Shown one piece after another: positions 1 to 11,010 of a stretch of DNA of 37,715 nt (position 1 is its first letter; every line of letters begins with the position of its first letter). The DNA is from Octopus bimaculoides (Eukaryota): assembly GCF_001194135.2 (NCBI RefSeq), contig NC_069005.1, forward strand, positions 11,383,635 through 11,421,349. Direction: 5' to 3'. The notes beneath the pieces were generated by a model. It was not told the DNA's origin. It was given only the letters and a program-made list of their open reading frames with translations, and made no database searches. The translations under genes were made by a program, and so were the position numbers.

Positions 1-61
<61 letters not shown>

Positions 62-110
62 CATCATCATCGTCATCATCATTATTATTATCATTATTAT
101 CATTATTTTT
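1..110. repeat. (TTA)n/(TCA)n microsatellite
   Basis: Directly visible. Confidence 0.95.
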
Positions 111-759
111 GTTTGGAAAAAGAGAACGTTTGTTCATGACTCATAAGTTTTCTTTAAAATATCTTTTATTATTATTTGGTATACGAATTATTGTTTGACT
201 GTTTGACTAAATAAGGTAGGTCGCTTTGCTTGTAGTTCGCTTTGCTTGTAGTTCGCTTGTGTGGCGAAAACTTCGCTCTTGAAAAACGAATTTTGAAATT
301 CAAAATTTATTATTTAGTATTTCAAAGCAAAATGTAACACTAGTGCTTCCCAAATCGAGTGAAGAAATAGCTGTTGGAACAGCCATTATGACATTTTTTT
401 TACCACCTGTAATTGATATGGTCGAGAGACAAATCACAGGCAACAACAATATCAAGAGGAAAAAAACAACAACAACAGAAGCAACAGCAGCAGTGACGAG
501 CAGGATAAAATTAATGACACAAGTACGAGCGCTACTGCCAATGCAAAAATTAATACAACCAAAATATCGGCCGTTCTTATTTCTAAACAAACTGGGTTTC
601 GCATTCGTACAACTATGTCGTAGAAGGAAGGACGTTAAGGTGTCAGAAAAAAAGGTTAGAGATGCAACAGCACACCTTACAAAGAGTGACAGAATAATAT
701 TTCTAAACACGCCAGAGGAAATAGAGGAAGACACTAAAAAAGTATTATACACAAATGCC

Positions 760-1175
760 TGATTGGCACTACTCTGGAGGTAGCAAGAGCAACATTTAAC
801 AAAGTAAAGTGAGTGGGCCTGCAGAGAGGCAGGTCCATACGGTCCAATAACGTCGTGGAACGCTGGACGTGAAGGCTGGTCAAACAGTTCGGGGTCTAGT
901 TTGATCCACATCTCCTAGTGGAGAAAACATAGGACAACGTAACGATCAGGGTGGCTAGTGTCACTCAGAAATAGGCTGTGATTAAGCTGTCCCTGACAAG
1001 TCGGGCAAAGATGGCGAATGTTTACCTCACTCCATTATATATTATCGTCTGTCCCAGTTTACGCCTAACCAAATTGGAACGCGCGCTCTTCCTCTCTCTG
1101 TGAAAGGGAGGCGTTTTACTAGTCAGGCGCTTCATTTACTGTTAACATCCGTGAAATGGAGGACTGGGCATTATC
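760..1175 (+). mobile_element. Tx1/L1-clade LINE ORF2 fragment (RT C-terminal region), degenerate
   Basis: Frameshifted translation includes RVASVTQK, RAKMANVY, RLTKLERALFLSL*KGGVLLVRRFI and GGLG. Homologous to the 17180-17700 and 30300-30720 fragments. Confidence 0.7.
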
Positions 1176-1480
1176 TTAGGGATTCCTTCTGCTTTCAGGC
1201 TCCACATTCAGGTTGTCTCTATTTCCAGATCTTGGTATTTCGGCAGATTATCTGGTTCTTTTAGAGATACAGAGATAGATTACCATCTGTCGGGACTGAT
1301 ATGTCGGTTAGAAAGCATTTATTTTCTTGGTTGTCCTTGAGAACAATATCTGGAGTATTAGAATTGATCTCTCCTCTATCTGTGTATTGTAGCATATAGT
1401 TGCTTTGGCATTTTCTGAGACTTTTTCTAGGGCATACTTATCCCATATGTTTGGTTGCTGCTAATTTACTTTCATTGTGC
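1160..1480 (-). mobile_element. R4/Dong-like non-LTR retrotransposon fragment (restriction-like endonuclease region)
   Basis: Minus-strand peptides WDKYALEKVSENAKATICYN, SNTPDIVLKDNQENKCFLTDISVPTD and KYQDLEIE match the PD..D REL motif layout also seen at 28237-28659. Confidence 0.7.
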
Positions 1481-1845
1481 TATTGGTGGCCTTTTCTCGG
1501 AGTCTTATTAACCCTAGTGATACAAGTATTACCTCTATTGATGTAGTAGACTAAATAGTTAATAGAGTGAATAGCGATCATTTCCACGAGGTGCGGTTGA
1601 ACACAACATTTGTTCTGAGATGTACAACCTGTTAATTCCTCCCTCATCTTCTGCTGCTTAATTCTACTTTTTTCTCTCTTTCCTTTGTTTCCATGGTGAG
1701 GTAGTTAATGGGGTTAAATGTAGTTTAAAGCAATAAAATTTAAGTATAACAGGCGATATCCTTTATGGCTAAAAATAGAAGAGCTACAACATAAAGTAAT
1801 GAGATTTTACCCACCTCTCTTAATGCAGATTACATCTGTCTAATA

Positions 1846-2058
1846 CACTGGTTTCAAGTTTTGGGATAAGGCCAGCAATCTTGGGAGAAGTGCTAAGTAG
1901 ATTACATTGACCACACCAGTGCTCCACTAGTAGTTATTCAATCAACCCCGAAAGAACGAAAGTTAGTCTCAGCGGAATTTGAAATCAGAACGTAAAGACG
2001 GACGAAATGCCGCTAAGGATTTTACCCGGCGCGGTAACGATTCTGTCATCTCACTGCC
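1846..2058 (-). mobile_element. tRNA-derived SINE with target-site duplication
   Basis: Reverse complement of the SINEs at 2089 and 2322. Flanked by ttacatctgtctaata (1830-1845) and ttacatctgtttaata (2059-2074), a 16-bp direct repeat with one mismatch. Confidence 0.8.
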
Positions 2059-2088
2059 TTACATCTGTTTAATATATTAGGCTGTCAG

Positions 2089-2270
2089 AAAGCGGCAAAA
2101 ACTGGCAGAATCGTTAGCACGCCGGGAAAAATGCTTAGCGGTATTTCATTCGTGTTTACGTTCTGATTTCAAATTCCGCCGAGGTTGACTTTACCTCTCA
2201 TCCTTTCGAGGTCGATAAAACAAGTAGCAGTTGACCACAGGGGTCGATCTACTCATTTGTAACCATCACC
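2089..2270 (+). mobile_element. tRNA-derived SINE
   Basis: A-box-like tggcagaatcg and B-box-like ttcaaattcc; same family as 1846-2058, 2322-2520 and 15825-15950. Confidence 0.75.
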
Positions 2271-2321
2271 CAAAATTTCAGTTCTTGTGCATACAGTAGA
2301 GAAGAGTAGGAATGTAGTATT

Positions 2322-2520
2322 GGGCGGCGAACTGGCAGAATCATTAGCATGCCGTACAAAATACCTAGAGGCATTTCGTTCGCTTTTACGTTTTGTGTTC
2401 AAATTCCAGCGAAGTCGACTTTACCTTTCGTCTTTTGGAGTCGATAGAATAAGTACCAGTCGATGTAATCAACTTACCCGGCCTCCAAAATGGCTGTCCA
2501 TAAGCCAAAAATTGAAACGA
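2322..2520 (+). mobile_element. tRNA-derived SINE
   Basis: ggcggcgaactggcagaatc head, gttcaaattcc B-box and shared body gtcgatagaataagtaccag. Confidence 0.75.
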
Positions 2521-3057
2521 ATACATTAAAATGTCAGATAATGTTTTTGATTTTTTTCCCTGCTTCGCACTTTTAAAAAGCGTAAAGATAAACGATAAAC
2601 CAAAGTGGCAGGCAAAGAACAGTGCTATAAATAAACCATGAAGCACTACGAAAAAAATATTAATTCGAATAACATTGTAAAGGATTAAAAGAGACAGGTG
2701 GGTAGGTTTGTGGGAGGGGAGGTGGCTGGAAACGAACATATTTTCCTGACAACCTAATAGAACTGAAATCTCTTCCAAACCATAACAGCTAATGTAGTTA
2801 TGTCCCTTCGACCGCTCATTCATCTCCACCTCCACCTATCCTCAGTCATTATAAGTTCCTAAAGTGCTAGACATAACAGCCATTTATTCTACACACTATA
2901 CCATTGTCATCTTAAACACAAAATGTCGCTATAATTTATGTTGGAGCAGACCTGAATTTAACTAACCATTAGCACCAGCACCACTACCACCAAAAACAGC
3001 AGCAGCACCAAAACAATAATAATTACAACTACAACAATTGCAAGTATAAAATCAACT

Positions 3058-3091
<34 letters not shown>

Positions 3092-3339
3092 TTGCGAGCT
3101 TAAGAACTGTTGTTATAATAAAACACCTGCAACCATTGTAATTAGAGTTACTATGGTAATTATGATGAATGTAAGGGCGATAACTCTAAATTCTTGGAAC
3201 AAGTTGTAGCAGGAATCGAGCTATCATCGACAAACCAAACTCACGAACTTAGTCTTTCCGGCAATGACCATCCTGTCGTATTTTCAGGACTACACCGTCT
3301 AATGAGTCTTTTCTGTTTTCGATTCTTTCCTTCTTTCTC

Positions 3340-3370
<31 letters not shown>

Positions 3371-3977
3371 GCCAGAAGTATTAAAGCGTCGGATGGATTG
3401 CATAGTTTCCAATCATACTTTCCAATTATTTTCGTTCATAACAGTCCAAATCATCTTTTATTTTTGCCATTTTGGGGTTCTTAAATCAAATGACAAGTCC
3501 TGGGGTGATTTCTTCTTCTTCTTCTTCTTCTTCTTCTTCTTCTTCTTCTTCTTCTCCCCCCCCCCCTGTGTCTCTTCGTGCTCTCCCGTCTCTCACAAAG
3601 AATAGAAAGGACACATTAAACAACATGGTCGCGGATATAAAAGAAATGTGATAGCTACGAACGGAACGTCTGTTTTGCATATTTCCACCGTTAAATAACC
3701 ACATACACATTATTAGAAATATAAGCACAACGACAATTTGCAAGGAATAATGTAAAATTTTATTTGTAGCAAAAACAAAAAAAAACATCATCCTTTGGTG
3801 CATAGGATCTGATGATGTAAAACAATAGGTACGCTGCATAAGTGCTGCAATTGGTAACCCGTTAGGATCCAGCTTCACAACGGAGGCTGGAACTATGGAA
3901 GCGTAGCAGGATTCCAAATCAGCGGGTATAAATTAAAGGAACAGAAAAAAAACCCAAGGCAAGTGAAGCTTATCAGA

Positions 3978-4084
3978 TCATTTTGAATTACAGTAAAGGT
4001 GACTGAAATTAGGAAAAGTAATAGTACTTTAATTAAAATATTTTAATTACAGTAAAGGTGACTGAAATTAAGGAAAAGTAGTAG
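3978..4084. repeat. About 60-bp tandem repeat (two visible units) abutting a gap
   Basis: aattacagtaaaggtgactgaaatta(a)ggaaaagta(a/g)tag occurs twice, immediately before the N run at 4085. Confidence 0.7.
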
Positions 4085-4963
4085 NNNNNNNNNNNNNNNN
4101 NNNNNNNNNNNNNNNNNNNNNNNNNNNNNNNNNNNNNNNNNNNNNNNNNNNNNNNNNNNNNNNNNNNNNNNNNNNNNNNNNNNNNNNNNNNNNNNNNNNN
4201 NNNNNNNNNNNNNNNNNNNNNNNNNNNNNNNNNNNNNNNNNNNNNNNNNNNNNNNNNNNNNNNNNNNNNNNNNNNNNNNNNNNNNNNNNNNNNNNNNNNN
4301 NNNNNNNNNNNNNNNNNNNNNNNNNNNNNNNNNNNNNNNNNNNNNNNNNNNNNNNNNNNNNNNNNNNNNNNNNNNNNNNNNNNNNNNNNNNNNNNNNNNN
4401 NNNNNNNNNNNNNNNNNNNNNNNNNNNNNNNNNNNNNNNNNNNNNNNNNNNNNNNNNNNNNNNNNNNNNNNNNNNNNNNNNNNNNNNNNNNNNNNNNNNN
4501 NNNNNNNNNNNNNNNNNNNNNNNNNNNNNNNNNNNNNNNNNNNNNNNNNNNNNNNNNNNNNNNNNNNNNNNNNNNNNNNNNNNNNNNNNNNNNNNNNNNN
4601 NNNNNNNNNNNNNNNNNNNNNNNNNNNNNNNNNNNNNNNNNNNNNNNNNNNNNNNNNNNNNNNNNNNNNNNNNNNNNNNNNNNNNNNNNNNNNNNNNNNN
4701 NNNNNNNNNNNNNNNNNNNNNNNNNNNNNNNNNNNNNNNNNNNNNNNNNNNNNNNNNNNNNNNNNNNNNNNNNNNNNNNNNNNTATATATGTATGTATAT
4801 ATATATATATATATATGTATACATTTACGTACACATACATACATACATATATGTATTTATATACGTATATATATCTACACACACACCGGGTAAGTGTGTT
4901 CATATATCTGAGTGGGCGTGTATGTGATTAAAATCACTAATCAAATAGAAGCTACAGGCTGTA

Positions 4964-5005
<42 letters not shown>

Positions 5006-5207
5006 GTAGTAGTAGTAGTAGTATTATCATTATTATTATTATTGCTGCTGTTGTTTTGTTGTTGATGATGTTTTTTTTGTTTTTGTTGTTGTTATTGGTG
5101 GCACACGCCACAAAAAGCCTAAAAACCAAAACAAGAACAATATTAATCGACCTTTGACCCAAAAGTTAGCCCTGAAATTTGCATAACATATTATTCAATA
5201 CATTTTG

Positions 5208-5213
5208 TTTATT
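5208..5213 (-). promoter_or_regulatory. Candidate polyadenylation signal AATAAA, copy A
   Basis: AATAAA on the minus strand, 7 nt after the stop codon; conserved in copy B at 33269-33274. Confidence 0.45.
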
Positions 5214-5220
5214 TCGCCAA

Positions 5221-5314
5221 TTATTTTTCTGGTTTGGCTTTGATCCAGGCGGTTAACCGAGGCGCGTTTTCCGAAGTGCATTTTGTTGATATCTTACCAA
5301 TATTTTCCCATAAC
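5221..5314 (-). CDS. STC: Stanniocalcin-like gene, copy A, last coding exon
   Basis: Acceptor tttgcgttgcag|G completes the phase-2 codon (CT+G = Leu). Encodes LWENIGKISTKCTSENAPRLTAWIKAKPEK-stop (94 nt) with the tenth core Cys. The paralogue at 33282-33375 has the same length and stop position. Confidence 0.88.
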
Positions 5315-6428
5315 CTGCAACGCAAAGTAAAAAAAGAAATATTGGTGTCTTTTTGAATCACACACAAGCGAATTAAAACTTTTCTGTTGTTCTTGTGGTT
5401 CTTTAGTACCGACTCAGTACAAACACTAACAGACCTGACATTATGATCGGAGACATTTCAAACATGGCTGCCATGTCTAATTTTCAGCATTAATGAATCT
5501 CTAGATTACATTATTGTATGTGTTTAATTTTTATGACTTGTGTGTATATTTATGTGTATATATGTGTGTATGTGTATATATGCGTGTAAGTATGTATATG
5601 TGTGCGTGCGCGCATATATATATATATATGTATATATATANNNNNNNNNNNNNNNNNNNNNNNNNNNNNNNNNNNNNNNNNNNNNNNNNNNNNNNNNNNN
5701 NNNNNNNNNNNNNNNNNNNNNNNNNNNNNNNNNNNNNNNNNNNNNNNNNNNNNNNNNNNNNNNNNNNNNNNNNNNNNNNNNNNNNNNNNNNNNNNNNNNN
5801 NNNNNNNNNNNNNNNNNNNNNNNNNNNNNNNNNNNNNNNNNNNNNNNNNNNNNNNNNNNNNNNNNNNNNNNNNNNNNNNNNNNNNNNNNNNNNNNNNNNN
5901 NNNNNNNNNNNNNNNNNNNNNNNNNNNNNNNNNNNNNNNNNNNNNNNNNNNNNNNNNNNNNNNNNNNNNNNNNNNNNNNNNNNNNNNNNNNNNNNNNNNN
6001 NNNNNNNNNNNNNNNNNNNNNNNNNNNNNNNNNNNNNNNNNNNNNNNNNNNNNNNNNNNNNNNNNNNNNNNNNNNNNNNNNNNNNNNNNNNNNNNNNNNN
6101 NNNNNNNNNNNNNNNNNNNNNNNNNNNNNNNNNNNNNNNNNNNNNNNNNNNNNNNNNNNNNNNNNNNNNNNNNNNNNNNNNNNNNNNNNNNNNNNNNNNN
6201 NNNNNNNNNNNNNNNNNNNNNNNNNNNNNNNNNNNNNNNNNNNNNNNNNNNNNNNNNNNNNNNNNNNNNNNNNNNNNNNNNNNNNNNNNNNNNNNNNNNN
6301 NNNNNNNNNNNNNNNNNNNNNNNNNNNNNNNNNNNNNNNNNNNNNNNNNNNNNNNNNNNNNNNNNNNNNNNNNNNNNNNNNNNNNNNNNNNNNNNNNNNN
6401 NNNNNNNNNNNNNNNNNNNNNNNNNNNN

Positions 6429-6481
<53 letters not shown>

Positions 6482-6968
6482 CACATAAGTATATATGAGT
6501 ATGTATATGCATAGATATAAGTGTTTGTCTATGTATATAAGTGTGTGTATATATGTGTATATATGTAAGTGTATGTGTATGTGTGTCTGTGTAACTCCCT
6601 GTTTTTTTTCTGTAATATCTCATTTGCTCTTCCTTCCAGCACTCCAGCTGACAACACAGCCCTTCACTCACCCCGTATCTCTCTCACACGCACACGCACA
6701 CACGTACACACGTCAATTTCAGATACACGTACATACATCTTTCACTTTCTTCTATCTTTCACGCTTTCCTCTCACTTCAAAGCAAATTTCTCCTTTTCAC
6801 TTTCTCCTCTTTTTCAATTTCTGCTCTCTTCAAGCAGAAAATATTTTTACGGAAAATATTTTTACGGAAATTAACGATCAGTCATAAGATCCCGTATGAT
6901 AGACCATATGATCGAGTTGACAACTTTGATGCTTCAACCGAAAGAATGCCAAAAAATAACTTCTTTTG

Positions 6969-7014
<46 letters not shown>

Positions 7015-7682
7015 NNNNNNNNNNNNNNNNNNNNNNNNNNNNNNNNNNNNNNNNNNNNNNNNNNNNNNNNNNNNNNNNNNNNNNNNNNNNNNNNNNNNNN
7101 NNNNNNNNNNNNNNNNNNNNNNNNNNNNNNNNNNNNNNNNNNNNNNNNNNNNNNNNNNNNNNNNNNNNNNNNNNNNNNNNNNNNNNNNNNNNNNNNNNNN
7201 NNNNNNNNNNNNNNNNNNNNNNNNNNNNNNNNNNNNNNNNNNNNNNNNNNNNNNNNNNNNNNNNNNNNNNNNNNNNNNNNNNNNNNNNNNNNNNNNNNNN
7301 NNNNNNNNNNNNNNNNNNNNNNNNNNNNNNNNNNNNNNNNNNNNNNNNNNNNNNNNNNNNNNNNNNNNNNNNNNNNNNNNNNNNNNNNNNNNNNNNNNNN
7401 NNNNNNNNNNNNNNNNNNNNNNNNNNNNNNNNNNNNNNNNNNNNNNNNNNNNNNNNNNNNNNNNNNNNNNNNNNNNNNNNNNNNNNNNNNNNNNNNNNNN
7501 NNNNNNNNNNNNNNNNNNNNNNNNNNNNNNNNNNNNNNNNNNNNNNNNNNNNNNNNNNNNNNNNNNNNNNNNNNNNNNNNNNNNNNNNNNNNNNNNNNNN
7601 NNNNNNNNNNNNNNNNNNNNNNNNNNNNNNNNNNNNNNNNNNNNNNNNNNNNNNNNNNNNNNNNNNNNNNNNNNNNNNNNNN

Positions 7683-8357
7683 TCACTTGTAGCCTTTTGG
7701 AAAGTGGGGAAGTTTCTTCAGAAATAAGGTCGTTTACCTGTTGATTCTAGCATGTCGGGTTTTCTGGTGGTAATCTGGAATTTTTGCGCCTGCTATTTCA
7801 GTACAATTCTATACTTGCGTGAAACATTAGACGAAAGTGCAACATTGGAAAGTTTTAGCTTTCTGAAAGCGGGTAGGTGATGTGTAGGCGAGTGGGGTAT
7901 AGAATATTTCTTAGAGAAAAAATAAACATAAAAGAAATATATATATATTTCCTAGATTCGTAGTCTCTGTGTTTTTCTACGTGGTTAAAAAAAAATCGTA
8001 AAGAAATTACAAATTCAGAAATTGCGGTGAGGTCGAGGAGAAATTAAAATTTTCAAAACGTGATTTCTGGGAAAATCGTATTAACCTCCTTTTATACGAT
8101 GAAACAATACATAGAGCAGAAAGCACTTTCGTGTTAACCCATTTCTCTTTTAAAACTCACTTTACTTTTAAACCCACTTCATTTTTAAACAAACATTTTA
8201 AAACCCACTTCACTTTTAAACAAGAAATAACTTCCACTAAGCCAGTAATCCAGTGCACTATATATCGGCTGTGCCGATTATGCCCATAGGAAAGGAACGA
8301 ATAATGCAATGTGCTTGTAGGTCATAACATCCGGGCAACGCCGGAATGGATGGCTAG
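7683..8357 (+). mobile_element. Probable non-autonomous Helitron; 3' terminus at 8357
   Basis: Hairpin tccgg-gcaacg-ccgga (8330-8345) 8 nt upstream of CTAG (8354-8357), followed by T. This is the canonical Helitron 3' end. The 5' boundary is uncertain because of the gap. Confidence 0.5.
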
Positions 8358-8559
8358 TATATAAGATGGCCATTCAAAACTATAAAACGACTATGTGGAA
8401 TAATGGTTCCTCACAAACATAACAAACAAAAATAACAACAACAACAACAACAACAACAACAACGGCAGCTGCAACAACAGCAGGAACAACGGCGATGACG
8501 TTAACAACAATAAAAACTACGACAGCAACGATGGAAACAAATGTACGTGAAATACTCAC

Positions 8560-8786
8560 AGTCTGTAATGTTGTGATTTTGATTTCTCAATGGGCCGTTG
8601 AAAAATCTTCCACAGTCCCTGGCGATTTTCCCAGCCGACTTCACAAAAATCATTAGCCAGGTAACAAGTTTGTTGTATGGCCAGGGTGCTTTCCAAGACA
8701 GAATTACAATCGAGTGTGTCAGATTTGTAGAATTCAGTCAGTAACTTCATGAAACATCCAATTATTGAATTGATCCAAATTTTCCC
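8560..8786 (-). CDS. STC: Stanniocalcin-like gene, copy A, internal coding exon (equivalent to STC exon 3)
   Basis: Acceptor ttttacag|GGG, donor CT|gtgagta, 227 nt, phase 0 in and phase 2 out. Encodes GKIWINSIIGCFMKLLTEFYKSDTLDCNSVLESTLAIQQTCYLANDFCEVGWENRQGLWKIFQRPIEKSKSQHYRL. Cys spacing 16/14/7 is identical to STC1 C98-C114-C128-C135. The paralogous exon at 36215-36441 has the same length. Confidence 0.92.
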
Positions 8787-9914
8787 CTGTAAAATAAGCA
8801 GTTTTTCAATGAAAAATGAAATCAGTTTATAAGAGGGATTTTTGTGTTTTTCTTTTCTGACGATTAATAATGACTATTATGGAAACTAATCATATATATG
8901 CTAATCATAATTGTGTTATTTAAAAGCAGAAGTGAAACATATATGAATGAGACATTAATTAGAAAAAGAGAGATAGAAATGGAAAACTCAGGAAAGCAAA
9001 TGAATCTTCACACATACACACGCGCGCGCACACACATATACACACATATCACAGATAAATTAGCAATCAGTTGTAATATTAGCTAGAACCTAGTTATCTC
9101 ATTGATCAGGACACCGCGAAAGAGTCAAATCCCACACGTACGTACACGTTCATACATATACATACATTTATGCGAATATGTATATACACACACGTAGGTT
9201 ATTGATCTAATGCAAGTTATAGATCCAACCTAAGGATGGTTCAAGGGTTTATATGAAAGAAAACAAGTGGAGTTTAAAAATTCACAACATCTGTTTCAGT
9301 AGTATTTCGAATTGGTTACTACAATTATATCACGAAAAAATCCCGCAATCATCAGGTGATTTTAAACATAGGCAGGAAGAGAAAATTTAAACGGACCCAC
9401 TTTGGTAACCCATTAGCAATGCGGAATTGAAGAACCGTTGAAAGTTTATATGACTGTCAGCGATTGACTTACGGCAGAGAACAGAGGCAACAAAATTTTA
9501 AAGATCGCTCTCATAATTAATTACACAGATAATGAGGACTGACGTAGGAAATAAAGGATAAGAAGAAGAGAGAGAAAGGAAAAGAAAGAATATTATAGGG
9601 GAGAAAAGGGGAAAGAATTGTCTTTGCAAACTCACCACAGACAACCAAAGTTCATGTTGGCGTCTAAAGCTCTGTACCATTGAAGTGATTACCGCAACTG
9701 CAGCTTACGTTATCACACACATCAACATAGATTTATACAAATTTAAATAACGTATTACCTCATACACGCGAATATACGCACCTAAAAATCCATAAACACG
9801 TAAGTACACATACTTGTAGAGACAACCACACCCACACATCAACACACACATACACAAACATACACGCATGCACACACATATATACATACACTCAGATATG
9901 CATACAAACACGCT

Positions 9915-9979
<65 letters not shown>

Positions 9980-9994
9980 GGTCATATGCTCTAA

Positions 9995-10385
9995 AATGTT
10001 GTTGTTGGCACTCCGTCGCTTACGACGTCGAGGGTTACAGTTGATCCGATCAACGGAACAGCCTGCTCGTGAAATTAACGTGCAAGTGGCTGAGCACTCC
10101 ACAGACACGTGTACCCCTAACGTAGTTCTCGGGGATATTCAGCTTGACACAGTGTGACAAGGCTGACCCTTTGAATTACAGGCACAACAGAAACAGGAAG
10201 TAAGAGTGAGAGAAAGTTGTGGTGAAAGTGTATAGCAGGGTTCGCCACCATCCCCTGCCGGAGCCTCGTGGAGCTTCAGGTGTTTTCGCTCAGTAAACAC
10301 TCACAGCGCCCGGTCTGGGAATCGAAACCGCGATCCTATGACCGCGAGTCCGCTGCCCTAACCACTGGGCCATTGCGCCTGCACA
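9995..10385 (-). mobile_element. tRNA-derived SINE, near full length
   Basis: Minus-strand head ggcgcaatggcccagtggttagggcagcggactc...ggtttcgattccc (A and B boxes). Body (gttgatccgatcaacggaacagcc) shared with 15330-15617. Confidence 0.8.
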
Positions 10386-10699
10386 TGCCCTAAAATAAGC
10401 ACACTCTAAAGGACTGAGCAGTTAATTATATGTCCGGTGCTAAAGTAACCATATAGCGTTAAGCTTCATGGACGGCTCGTCAGACACAAATGGCAGCTGG
10501 TATATACCCCTCTTCAAACAGAAAAGAGAAATCCGTTACGGTCAGTTAGTTTGTTAACAAAAGTTAAAATACCGTTCGAGACTTGTCCGAGTTATGTCAC
10601 TGAGACAAGTCCAGATTGCAAATTTTATGATCTTAAGTGGCGAAAGAGGTATCTCCGCCCTTAGGCTGTTTCAAGTTTGCGGGGGTACTTTTCGGCTCA

Positions 10700-11010
10700 A
10701 ATCAACGAATGGGGAATGCCACGCTCGTAGTATGTAGCGTTTGAAATGGAGGCATGGGTTATAAATCTCGTTTCTTGAATTTAATACAGACGCTGAATCT
10801 TGAAAGAACATTGCTCGTTTGCAATGCAAAGCTTTATCGTCCGCTTCCGTTTATGTATGGTCCTTACTGCTCTATGATCCTCCATTTAATTCCGTATAGA
10901 ATTCCATTATCCTTAAGGTGCCTTATACGGCTAGCCAGGGACGTGACGTATCGTCTTTCCAGGACCCTGAAAGGGGACTTGTGGTTGTACAGGCACCACT
11001 TACAGGCAAT
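10700..11010 (-). mobile_element. Penelope-like element fragment (GIY-YIG endonuclease C-terminal part)
   Basis: Peptides YNHKSPFRVLERRYVTSLASRIRHLKDNGILYGIKWRIIEQ and LNSRNEIYNPCLHFKRYIL resemble the NHK.SF...TSL...I..LK......I.W.I and LN.R.E...C.H motifs of PLE ORF ends. Confidence 0.75.

Noticed and set aside
300-911. 203-aa minus and 139-aa plus ORFs near the window start
   Set aside because: No family motif or splice support; they overlap an (ACA/GCA)-rich tract and a Tx1 fragment.
10320-10385. tRNA genes at SINE heads (also 15560-15617 and 32115-32185)
   Set aside because: A and B boxes are present, but they run into SINE bodies and lack a complete cloverleaf.
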